Positions 22,013-30,312 of a DNA stretch of 64,000 nucleotides are shown here, in pieces. The position numbers were made by a program, and so were the translations under genes. How positions within the stretch are numbered: the first letter of the stretch is position 1; every line of letters begins with the position of its first letter. Origin of the DNA: Patescibacteria group bacterium (GTDB taxonomy: Bacteria; Patescibacteriota; Minisyncoccia; UBA6257; 2-01-FULL-56-20). Below the pieces are notes generated by a model. It saw only the letters and a program-made list of their open reading frames with translations, ran no database searches and was not told where the DNA came from. The DNA is taken from NCBI GenBank assembly GCA_038077975.1, contig JBBUGM010000006.1:4905-68904 (forward strand), read 5' to 3'.

Positions 22013-23533
22013 ATGGTCAGATATTTTGGCACGGAAAGCGAACACAACGTTTCTTATCGTTCGAAGGAGGGAAAGATCCATAATTCCGCCAACGACGGAC
22101 TTCTGTCGCGCAACCCGCCCACTTTAGCCGATACGGAAATTTTACTGTCGGACATTAGCCCGGGAGAGCTTGGGCGTGACATCTTTTTTAACCCGAGCAA
22201 TATTTGGCTTGCGAACGGAGGCAGGCTATACAAAGACGGAGCTCTTACGGAATATGCCACTCCCGAATGCCAAAGCGCAAAGGAGTTGGTTCTTGCCGAG
22301 ATGGCCGGAGACGAAATTGTGGCGCGCGTAGTGAACAAATTAGCCGATGCCAAAGACGTCTACGCCCTTAAAAGAAGCGCTTCGAAAGAAATGGATTTAA
22401 CGCGCGGAGCCCATGAAAGCTACGCGATTCCGGAGAGTTTTCACAAGGAGCTGATAACGGATATGACGTTGAGCCACCGCATTTTCAAGTTTTTTTCGGC
22501 CAGCCGTCAAACTTTTGCCGGAGCCGGCCACCTTGGTTATCTCGGGAGAGACAAGGTGTCTCATCTTATGTTCTGGGTCAGTCCTAGAATATACTTTATC
22601 GACCTTGAGCTGAATACTGGCACAGTAAGGAACACCGGGCGAGCTTTGGTAAACTCCCGTATTAAACCGCTTGTGGCGGGAAACCTCGAGGGGATGCAGA
22701 GGTTACACTGCATAGTCGGCGACATGAATCGGTCTCCGTGGTCGATTTATCTCAAAATAGGAGTCACGGTTTTGGTCTTGGAGTTTCTTCAACTCGTTAG
22801 TTATGAAGCGTTGAATCGTCTTGGCGGAAAGATGAAGTCGGACGGCACGTTGATTCACCGAGCGAAGGCAGCCACGCTTTTCCTAAACGACAATGCCCTG
22901 AAAGACGACTTTGATTTTTTACTCGATATCCAATACCGCTTAAGCGATGCGGTTTGGGGCATGAGGGAAGAGATTTCCGAAAGACACAATGAATTTGAAG
23001 AGATTTTTTCTTTATGGCGGGAAGCGTTGGATGCCGCGGCCTCTGAAGGCGTTGCGCGCAAGAAATTTGAGAAGCGGCTCGATTGGCTGATCAAAAGGAA
23101 GTTTATTCGCGAACTCGTCGGCGGAGAGATTCCTGCTTTGGACAAAATAGAACGAGGCGATAAATTGCGCAAATTACTTTCTTTCGACTTTGCGTATCAC
23201 CGGGTTAACCACAAAGACCTGTATAAATTTCTGGTTAAGTCGGGCGCCATTGAAGAGAAATATGCGGAAAGCGAAGCTGCGCATTATCTCTCTAGCCCTC
23301 CGGGAGGAAGGGCGAAAAGCCGCGTGTTGATTGCGAGACGAGCGCAGGAGTTAGGCATAGTGAGAAATATCACCGATTTTGACTGGGCAAGAATAGGTTT
23401 TATCCGGGATCTTCTGCCGCAGGCCGATTACGACAGAAGAGTGCCGCCGAGACGAGAAATAGCGTTTGACGACAGAAGCCCGGAAACGTTAAAATTACAC
23501 TTAGAAGATATATACAACTGGATTCGAGGGTGA
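22013..23533 (+). CDS. pafA: Pup-protein ligase PafA-like protein
   Basis: FGTESE, NGGRLYKD, EYATPEC, AGD, RLHCIVGD.N, DWLIKRK, D.AYH, PP..RA, DW. Confidence 0.75.
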   Translation: MVRYFGTESEHNVSYRSKEGKIHNSANDGLLSRNPPTLADTEILLSDISPGELGRDIFFNPSNIWLANGGRLYKDGALTEYATPECQSAKELVLAEMAGDEIVARVVNKLADAKDVYALKRSASKEMDLTRGAHESYAIPESFHKELITDMTLSHRIFKFFSASRQTFAGAGHLGYLGRDKVSHLMFWVSPRIYFIDLELNTGTVRNTGRALVNSRIKPLVAGNLEGMQRLHCIVGDMNRSPWSIYLKIGVTVLVLEFLQLVSYEALNRLGGKMKSDGTLIHRAKAATLFLNDNALKDDFDFLLDIQYRLSDAVWGMREEISERHNEFEEIFSLWREALDAAASEGVARKKFEKRLDWLIKRKFIRELVGGEIPALDKIERGDKLRKLLSFDFAYHRVNHKDLYKFLVKSGAIEEKYAESEAAHYLSSPPGGRAKSRVLIARRAQELGIVRNITDFDWARIGFIRDLLPQADYDRRVPPRREIAFDDRSPETLKLHLEDIYNWIRG

Positions 23534-23536
23534 TCC

Positions 23537-23686
23537 ATGCCAGGTCAGAAACAGCGCGAAAGGCATAAACCCGAAGAAGAGGACAGTCAATTCCCAAAGC
23601 CGCCATCCCCGCTCGACGACATACTCAAAGATTTTGTTGAAGAGCAGGAAGAGGTTTTGGATCAGGAAGAAGACGACGGAGAATAA
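23537..23686 (+). CDS. Candidate Pup/UBact-like small protein modifier, 49 aa, not in ORF track
   Basis: Manually translated: MPGQKQRERHKPEEEDSQFPKPPSPLDDILKDFVEEQEEVLDQEEDDGE*; GAGGG SD; directly after pafA; terminator follows. Confidence 0.8.
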   Translation: MPGQKQRERHKPEEEDSQFPKPPSPLDDILKDFVEEQEEVLDQEEDDGE

Positions 23687-23689
23687 CGT

Positions 23690-23722
23690 GCCCCGTGCCA
23701 ATTTCGGCTCGGGGCTTTTTTA
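23690..23722 (+). terminator. Intrinsic terminator after modifier gene
   Basis: GCCCCG...CGGGGC plus TTTTTT. Confidence 0.75.
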
Positions 23723-23741
23723 TTGAGAAAAAGATCGCGTC

Positions 23742-23769
23742 TTGCCCTCTTAGCGATGGTGGCTATAAT
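23742..23769 (+). promoter_or_regulatory. Sigma70-type promoter for lon
   Basis: TTGCCC-N16-TATAAT. Confidence 0.55.
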
Positions 23770-23803
23770 GGGATTAGACCATTGATATTCTGTGAGGTGG
23801 TTT

Positions 23804-26380
23804 ATGGACAGCGAAACTCCGCGGAATGGTGAAAACGGCGAAATTTCGCTGGTTTCCATGCCGAAGCGGCTGGTTGTTCTTCCTTTAAGCGGCCTTACGC
23901 CTTTTCCGATGGTGTCCACTATTCTCTCGTTTTCTCGCAATGAGTTTGTGGAAGAAATAAAGAAAGATTTGTTTTTCATCGCCACTGCTTTCGTGCGCGG
24001 TGATAGTATTGGGGTGCAAGGCGAAGAAATAGGCGTTCTTAGCGTCGTAAACAAAGACACAATCGTGACACAAGGAAATGCGCATATAGTCCCGGTGAAT
24101 TTTATCGCCAGGACGTTGATTACCGATGTGAAGACGCGGCTTGAAGTGAACAACCTTAAAATTTTTGAGTGCATCCCCGCGCTAAGCCCAGGCGAAAAGA
24201 TCTCTTCTGAAGCATGGGACGATGTTGAATTCCAAAAAAGAATGGCGACACTCAGAGATCTATTAACCGCTTTTTCGGGAGAAGTTTACACTTTATCGGG
24301 CATGCAGATGAATCGCTTGGGAAAGTTTGCCGCGGAAGATCGAACTAGGGCGTTCAAAAAGTTCATTTTGCGTAAGTCGCTAAGCGTTCTTGAAGGTGCC
24401 CTCCAGCGTCTTCGCGACGCGAACAGAGATGATTTTGGGACGTGCATCGACACAGCTGCGGCGCTCCTCGGAGGGCATCTTTCGGGGGGACTCGTCGATG
24501 ATATTACAAGTGACATATTTTGGGGAAAATCCCGGGACGTGTTAAGGGGTTTAGATGTCATGGAAAGGGCGGAGAGCTTTACGGAATTGCTTAATGAGGC
24601 AAGGGAGCTTGTGGCCGCCGCTGGAGAATTTTCACCAGACGATTCCACGGCGATAAACGAGGATTCTTTGCCAGAGAATGTTCGCGAAGAAATCAAAAAA
24701 CTTTTACCCTATGCGCAGGCTAATCCGCCAACCGCGGAGAGCGTTGTCGCGCAGAAACGCATCGAGTGGCTGCGCAATATTCCATGGACGAAGAGAAGCG
24801 AGGACAAAAAAGATTTTGTGAAGATCGAAGCCATTCTCGAAGAAGATCATTGCGGTTTAGAAGAGGTTAAAGAAAGGATCAGCGAATTCATTGCCGTAAG
24901 AAGATCGAAGCCGGACGCAAAGGGCTCCATCCTGTGCTTGGTTGGCCCTCCCGGCGTCGGAAAAACTTCGCTTGGAAAATCCGTCGCGAGAGCCATGGGA
25001 AGAAAATTCGTTCGGCTTTCGCTGGGCGGAATACACGATGAAGCCGAAATTCGCGGGCACAGGAGCACCTATGTGGGCGCCTTGCCTGGACAGATCATGC
25101 AGGCAATGCGTCGCGCCGGAACAAAGAACCCCGTCTTCATGCTGGACGAAATTGACAAGATCGGAAGCGACTTTCGAGGCGATCCGGCCTCTGCGCTTCT
25201 TGAAGTTCTTGACCCAGAACAAAATCATGCATTTCGAGACAATTATCTTGACCAACCCTTTGACCTTTCGGAAGTTTTCTTCATTCTTACGGCGAATACC
25301 GTGTTCACGATACCGCTCGCGCTTTTGAACAGGATGGAAGTTATCGAACTTCCGGCGTATACGGAAGAGGAGAAGATGGAAATCGCTTTTCGCCACATCA
25401 TTCCCAAAGTAACGAATGAATTCGGCATTAGCGAAGAAAATCTTCAAGCCAAAGAAATTCCGGTCTTTAGTGTTGAATTCGAAAAAAAAGCGGTTCAAAA
25501 TATAGTGAGTGTTTATACGCATGACGCCGGAATGCGCAATTCGGAGAGAGCTATTCAGCGTGTGCTAAGGAAGATTTTGAGAGTCGCCGAGAAAAAGCAA
25601 CTGTCGGAATTGACCAGTGATAATGTTGTCAAAGTCACGCCGGAGCTCCTGCTTTCTTTATTGGGTGAACCGAAGCAGCAAGAATGGCTTCCCGGACTAT
25701 TGGGCAAATTGCCGGTTGGAACTTCCGTTGGTATGTCGATCGACGGAACAGGACAGGGTGGAATTTTGGCAGTGGAAGTATCGCTATCCACGCTGGCATC
25801 TCCAAATGAACCCGTCAAGATCAAAAGAACCGGATCATTGCATCCTGTAATGAAGGAATCGATTGGTGTCGCCGTTGACCGCTTGAACAAAATCGGAGGC
25901 GTGCTCGAAGGAATGGCTAACGGTCTATTTGTTCGCATTCACGTGCCCGATGGCGCGATTCCTAAAGATGGCCCGTCGGCAGGCGTTGCTGAAATCGAGG
26001 CTCTTTACTCGGCGATTTTGAGTTTTAGGAGCGGCAAGTCCATTTCCGCCAAACCGTTTTTTGCGGCGACGGGAGAGATCACGCTCAATATGGATATCTG
26101 CGCGCCTATAGGCGGTGTTACCGCCAAACTCCTTGGGGCGCGACGTGCCGGTATTCGCGAAGCAGCGATTCCGTACGCGAATAGACGTGATATCAAGAAA
26201 GTTCCGGCGGGATGGCGCATCATTACGCCAGAAGACCGCGACGGCAAGTCGTGGAAAGAGCTTTCGCTCGAAGAAAAGCCCGAAGGAAGTTTTACCGTCT
26301 ATTGCGTAGAGAGGCCGGAAGACGTTTTGGAACTTGCTTTCCCGAACGACTATCCGCCTCGAAAGCAGGAAGAGAAATAA
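23804..26380 (+). CDS. lon: ATP-dependent Lon protease with divergent N-domain
   Basis: GPPGVGKTS, RGHRSTYVGALPG, LDEIDK, ALLEVLDPEQN, PKDGPSAG (Ser), IGGVTAK (Lys). Confidence 0.93.
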   Translation: MDSETPRNGENGEISLVSMPKRLVVLPLSGLTPFPMVSTILSFSRNEFVEEIKKDLFFIATAFVRGDSIGVQGEEIGVLSVVNKDTIVTQGNAHIVPVNFIARTLITDVKTRLEVNNLKIFECIPALSPGEKISSEAWDDVEFQKRMATLRDLLTAFSGEVYTLSGMQMNRLGKFAAEDRTRAFKKFILRKSLSVLEGALQRLRDANRDDFGTCIDTAAALLGGHLSGGLVDDITSDIFWGKSRDVLRGLDVMERAESFTELLNEARELVAAAGEFSPDDSTAINEDSLPENVREEIKKLLPYAQANPPTAESVVAQKRIEWLRNIPWTKRSEDKKDFVKIEAILEEDHCGLEEVKERISEFIAVRRSKPDAKGSILCLVGPPGVGKTSLGKSVARAMGRKFVRLSLGGIHDEAEIRGHRSTYVGALPGQIMQAMRRAGTKNPVFMLDEIDKIGSDFRGDPASALLEVLDPEQNHAFRDNYLDQPFDLSEVFFILTANTVFTIPLALLNRMEVIELPAYTEEEKMEIAFRHIIPKVTNEFGISEENLQAKEIPVFSVEFEKKAVQNIVSVYTHDAGMRNSERAIQRVLRKILRVAEKKQLSELTSDNVVKVTPELLLSLLGEPKQQEWLPGLLGKLPVGTSVGMSIDGTGQGGILAVEVSLSTLASPNEPVKIKRTGSLHPVMKESIGVAVDRLNKIGGVLEGMANGLFVRIHVPDGAIPKDGPSAGVAEIEALYSAILSFRSGKSISAKPFFAATGEITLNMDICAPIGGVTAKLLGARRAGIREAAIPYANRRDIKKVPAGWRIITPEDRDGKSWKELSLEEKPEGSFTVYCVERPEDVLELAFPNDYPPRKQEEK

Positions 26381-26386
26381 CAACAA

Positions 26387-26417
26387 GGGCTGTGCTTAGG
26401 CACAGCCCGTTTTTTTA
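26387..26417 (+). terminator. Intrinsic terminator
   Basis: GGGCTGTGC-ttag-GCACAGCCC plus T-tract. Confidence 0.85.
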
Positions 26418-26420
26418 TTC

Positions 26421-26495
26421 GTCATTGCCCGACTAGATCGGGCAATCCAGTTTCGTATTTACATTTTAGATTCTCGGATCGAGTCCGAGAATGAC
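26421..26495. repeat. GTCAT...ATGAC double-hairpin repeat element
   Basis: Same architecture as 33807-33863 and 49817-49915. Confidence 0.75.
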
Positions 26496-27649
26496 AGAGA
26501 GAATTTTTTCACCAACGACTCGGCCTCCTTCTCGCTTTTTATCCAATTTATCCTTTTGTCTTTTCTGAACCACGTCATCTGCCGCTTGGCGTAGGCCCAG
26601 GTATTTTGTTTGATTTGTTTTGCAACTTCCTGCGGAAGCGCCGATTTATGCTGATTTGGCTGATTTATGCTGATCTCTTTAAGAGGCACCGATTGCTCAA
26701 AAATGTTATTTCCTGAGTGGGTCGAAGGATAACATTTTTGAACGCCGCCCTTCGATAAACTCAGGGAAGAATAGCATCCTGCCGCAAGATAATCGATGAT
26801 CTCGCGATAACCAATCGTGTTTATAAGTACCGACGTCCTGCCGTACTTGTTGAGCAATTCTTGCACTTCTTTTACGAGTCCAGCGCGGATCATTTCGTCC
26901 ACGCGGCTTTCTATTCTCTGCCGCAGTTTTACGGGCGGCAATTTTACTCCAAGTTCAAGCGCGTCAAAAAGCGGTTCGCCTTTTTTCCGCTGGGCAGTAA
27001 AGGGTTTTCCGGTTTGGATGGCAACCTCTAGCGCGCGCACGACACGGCGGGGATTTTTGAGGTCAACTATGTAAGCCGCTTCCGGGTCCAGTTTCAAGAG
27101 TTCTTCGGCAACGGAATCTAATCCTTTCTTCTCTATTCTCTCTTTTATCTCCTTGCGTAGCTTCGGATCCGCCTTGACTTCCGGTATGTCTAAATTCTCA
27201 ACGATCGCTTTTACATAAAGTCCCGTGCCGCCAACGAGTATCGGCAGTTTGCCGCGCCGCAATATGCCGCGGATGGCGCGCAAGGCGTCGCGTTTGTAAT
27301 CTGCGAGTGAGTATTCTTCGTCCGGATTTTTGATGTCGATAAGATGATGTGCTATCTTGCTCTTTGCGATTTGCGCTTTGCCCTTTGCGGTGCCGATATC
27401 CATCCCGCGGTATATTTGCCTTGAATCCGCAGAGACAATCTCCCCATTGAATTTTTTGGCGAGCTTAAGCGCGAGTGCGGATTTGCCGCTTGCCGTGGGG
27501 CCCACGATAACCAGTATTTTTGGCAAGGATTTTGTGGCGCGGCGACTCGATGAAGCCAAAAATGCTATTTCCTGAGCTGGTCGAAGGATGGTATTTTTGG
27601 CGGTACCCTTCGACAAGCTCAATGGATGAAAATTACTCGTGTTTGACAT
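26459..27649 (-). CDS. miaA: tRNA dimethylallyltransferase with repeat-derived insertions (start uncertain)
   Basis: GPTASGKS, ADSRQIYRGMDIGTAK, VGGTGLY, YAKRQMTWF. Confidence 0.95.
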   Translation of the reverse strand: MSNTSNFHPLSLSKGTAKNTILRPAQEIAFLASSSRRATKSLPKILVIVGPTASGKSALALKLAKKFNGEIVSADSRQIYRGMDIGTAKGKAQIAKSKIAHHLIDIKNPDEEYSLADYKRDALRAIRGILRRGKLPILVGGTGLYVKAIVENLDIPEVKADPKLRKEIKERIEKKGLDSVAEELLKLDPEAAYIVDLKNPRRVVRALEVAIQTGKPFTAQRKKGEPLFDALELGVKLPPVKLRQRIESRVDEMIRAGLVKEVQELLNKYGRTSVLINTIGYREIIDYLAAGCYSSLSLSKGGVQKCYPSTHSGNNIFEQSVPLKEISINQPNQHKSALPQEVAKQIKQNTWAYAKRQMTWFRKDKRINWIKSEKEAESLVKKFSLSFSDSIRESKM

Positions 27650-27671
27650 AGTTCTTCTTTTCCGCTATAAT
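27643..27671 (+). promoter_or_regulatory. Consensus sigma70 promoter
   Basis: TTGACA-N17-TATAAT. Confidence 0.8.
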
Positions 27672-27707
27672 ACCATTAGATTTAACTTTTGGCAAAGGAG
27701 CAATGCG

Positions 27708-27902
27708 ATGAAACGATTCGGATATTTTTTGATGGCAGTGGCTGCTGTTGTGGGCATAGGGTTTGCCGCCAGGCAAATTGCGCGTTTCCGCGACGAGCGC
27801 GACGCGCGCTTGTTGCTGGATCTTCATGACGAAGAGGAGAAAGAGGATGAAAACCTCTTCATGGCCCGTCGTGCAGAGATGCGGCCCCGCTGGATCATGT
27901 AA
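27708..27902 (+). CDS. Small membrane-anchored hypothetical protein
   Basis: AAGGAG SD, N-terminal TM, hairpin downstream. Confidence 0.6.
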   Translation: MKRFGYFLMAVAAVVGIGFAARQIARFRDERDARLLLDLHDEEEKEDENLFMARRAEMRPRWIM

Positions 27903-28046
27903 TGTTTGTTTCGACCCCGTTTTTCTTCGGAAAACCGGGGTCTTGACTTTTTATAGAGTTCCATGGTATAATGTTAAACAGCAAGACAGTAGTAAAATCC
28001 TCCGTTGCCGGCTTCGGCTGGCGCTAACGGATCAAAGAGGTGATGT

Positions 28047-28355
28047 ATGGATCTCCAAAATGTTCAGATCGTCCTTCTCGTTGCGGGTGTGGCCCTTCTC
28101 ATTGCTTCCGTGGCAGTTTTTCTGCTACGGCGTGCCCATGCAGATGTCCAAGGATCTTTGCAGGAATCTCCGGTTGTGCGGGAGGCTGTTTCGCTTGGGC
28201 CTGGCGACCGCGTCACTTATCCTCATAGGAAGAGGACAGGGAATGGGAAAGCCACTATCTTGAGCATCAAAGACCGGCGCGGTGAACCGTGGGCTCGGAT
28301 GTTCAATGGGTCAAGCTTTCTTTCCCGCCCACTCCGGGAACTGCAGCGAGCCTAA
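28047..28355 (+). CDS. Membrane-anchored hypothetical protein with SH3/KOW-like tail
   Basis: GAGGTG SD, promoter TTGACT-N18-TATAAT at 27943-27972, N-terminal TM, PGDRV motif. Confidence 0.6.
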   Translation: MDLQNVQIVLLVAGVALLIASVAVFLLRRAHADVQGSLQESPVVREAVSLGPGDRVTYPHRKRTGNGKATILSIKDRRGEPWARMFNGSSFLSRPLRELQRA

Positions 28356-28470
28356 GACAAGCACAACCACAGCCGTAGCGCATTCCCAAAAGGGCTCCTC
28401 GATTCAATCGCGGGGCCCTTCGAATTTATGGCAGCTTCTCACAAGGATTTTCTCTTATTGGTGTTTTTCG

Positions 28471-28496
28471 TAGCGCTATCCTATAGGATAGCGCTA
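28471..28496. repeat. Perfect 26-bp palindrome
   Basis: TAGCGCTATCCTATAGGATAGCGCTA. Confidence 0.8.
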
Positions 28497-28498
28497 GC

Positions 28499-30250
28499 TT
28501 ATATAGTTTTCTCTTCTATTTCTCTTTGAAGTTGTTCGATGAATTTTTCGGTTTTTACTTCGCCGAGCTGACTTTTGCGGTAATGCCTTACGTTCACCGT
28601 GCCGTTTTTTTCTTCTTTTTCTCCGACAACGAGCACATAAGGGATCTTTCTCATTTCCGCTTCGCGGATGCGTTTACCGAGAGTATCATTCGCATCGCTC
28701 ATTTCTACCCGGATACCGCTTTCGCGGATTTTTGCAAATACGCCGGACGCATACTTGCTGAATTTTTCGCTTAGGGGTAAAACGGCGGCCTGTACAGGCG
28801 CGAGCCACAAAGGGAACGCTCCGGCGAAGTGCTCGATCGCGATGGCCAGGAACCTTTCAAGCGAACCCATGATCGCGGCGTGTATCATTACTATCCTTTC
28901 TTTTTCGCCTTTCTCATTTATGCACGTGAGGTCGAACCTCTCCGGCATGTTGATGTCGAGCTGTATCGTCGCCACTTGCCATTCGCGGCCCAAAGAATCC
29001 TTCGCGAGGAAATCGAGTTTCGGGCCGTAGAAATTGGCTTCACCCATTCCCTCGAATGTTTTGGCTTTTTTGCTTTTCGCTATCTCGCGCAAGATATCCT
29101 CCGCCTTTTTCCAGTCGGCGGCAAACCCCAGGTATTTTTCCGGCTGTTTTGGGTCGTGGAGTGAGATCCGCACCTTGAGTTCGAAGCCGAAGACGCCATA
29201 AAATTCTTCAACGATGTCCCAGATCGCGGAAAATTCTTCCTTTATTTGCGACTGACGGCAAAAAACGTGGGCGTCGTCCTGCGTTATCGCGCGCACCCTG
29301 ACGAGGCCGGAGAGTTCGCCGGTTTGCTCGTCGCGGTAAACTTTGGTCGTCGAGGCGTATCTTTGCGGCAGTTCGCGGTAGCTCCATTGCTTCCTCGCAT
29401 AAATTTGCGTGTGGTGCGGGCAGTTCATCGGCTTTAGGGCGAACAAGTGTTCCTCGCGCGTTTTTATCTTAAAGAGGTCATCCTTGAATTTTTCCCAATG
29501 CCCGCTTTTTTCATAGAGATCTTTTTTCGTGATGTGCGGTATATCAACCTGTTCATATCCGCGCGCTTTGCGGAGTTGCCAGACGAAGTCATCAAGAAGA
29601 TTTCTCACAAGCGTTCCCTTCGGGGTCCAGAGAGGGAGACCGGAGCCCACGAGTTCGGAAAAAGTGAAGAGGTCCAGCGCGGGGCCGAGTATTTTGTGGT
29701 CTCGCTTTTCCGCCTCTGCGCGCATCCTCACGTATTCCTCAAGCTCTTTTTTGGAAGAGAATGCCAGGCCATAGATGCGCTGAAGTTGTGGTTTTTTCTC
29801 GTCTCCACGCCAGTATGCGCCGGCAAGCTTGTCGAGCTTGAAAGCATCTGCGAGTATCTCGGAGGTGTTTTCCACGTGTCCGCCGTGGCAGAGGTCGACA
29901 AAAACATCGCCGGTGTAGTAGGCCGTGAGCTGCAGTTTTTCTTTGGAAAAATCTTTTATGAGATTGAGTTTGAACGGCTGTTTCGAAAAAAGTTTTTTTG
30001 CCTCGGCAAGTGTAAGTTTTTTGCCGGAGAACGGCAGTTTCTGCGCGATAAGCGCACGCATCGTTTTTTCGAATTCTTTAAGATCGTCGGGTGTGAGCGC
30101 GCGCGGCAGAAGAAAATCATAGTAAAAGCCGTTTTCGATCGTGGGGCCGATACCGAGCATGGCGTCGGGGAAATTTTTCAAAACAGCGGCGGCAAGCAAG
30201 TGCGCCAACGAATGGCGAATGTTGTCGAGGGAAGTTTCGTTTTTGACCAT
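28499..30250 (-). CDS. thrS: Threonine-tRNA ligase
   Basis: RHSLAH, KRDH, KPMNCPHH, QDDAH, FYGPKLD, GSLERF. Confidence 0.97.
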   Translation of the reverse strand: MVKNETSLDNIRHSLAHLLAAAVLKNFPDAMLGIGPTIENGFYYDFLLPRALTPDDLKEFEKTMRALIAQKLPFSGKKLTLAEAKKLFSKQPFKLNLIKDFSKEKLQLTAYYTGDVFVDLCHGGHVENTSEILADAFKLDKLAGAYWRGDEKKPQLQRIYGLAFSSKKELEEYVRMRAEAEKRDHKILGPALDLFTFSELVGSGLPLWTPKGTLVRNLLDDFVWQLRKARGYEQVDIPHITKKDLYEKSGHWEKFKDDLFKIKTREEHLFALKPMNCPHHTQIYARKQWSYRELPQRYASTTKVYRDEQTGELSGLVRVRAITQDDAHVFCRQSQIKEEFSAIWDIVEEFYGVFGFELKVRISLHDPKQPEKYLGFAADWKKAEDILREIAKSKKAKTFEGMGEANFYGPKLDFLAKDSLGREWQVATIQLDINMPERFDLTCINEKGEKERIVMIHAAIMGSLERFLAIAIEHFAGAFPLWLAPVQAAVLPLSEKFSKYASGVFAKIRESGIRVEMSDANDTLGKRIREAEMRKIPYVLVVGEKEEKNGTVNVRHYRKSQLGEVKTEKFIEQLQREIEEKTI

Positions 30251-30312
30251 CTTTCTATTATAACCGCAGTTTGTGTTTAAACGAAACGAGAATTGATATA
30301 TCATTAATAAAT

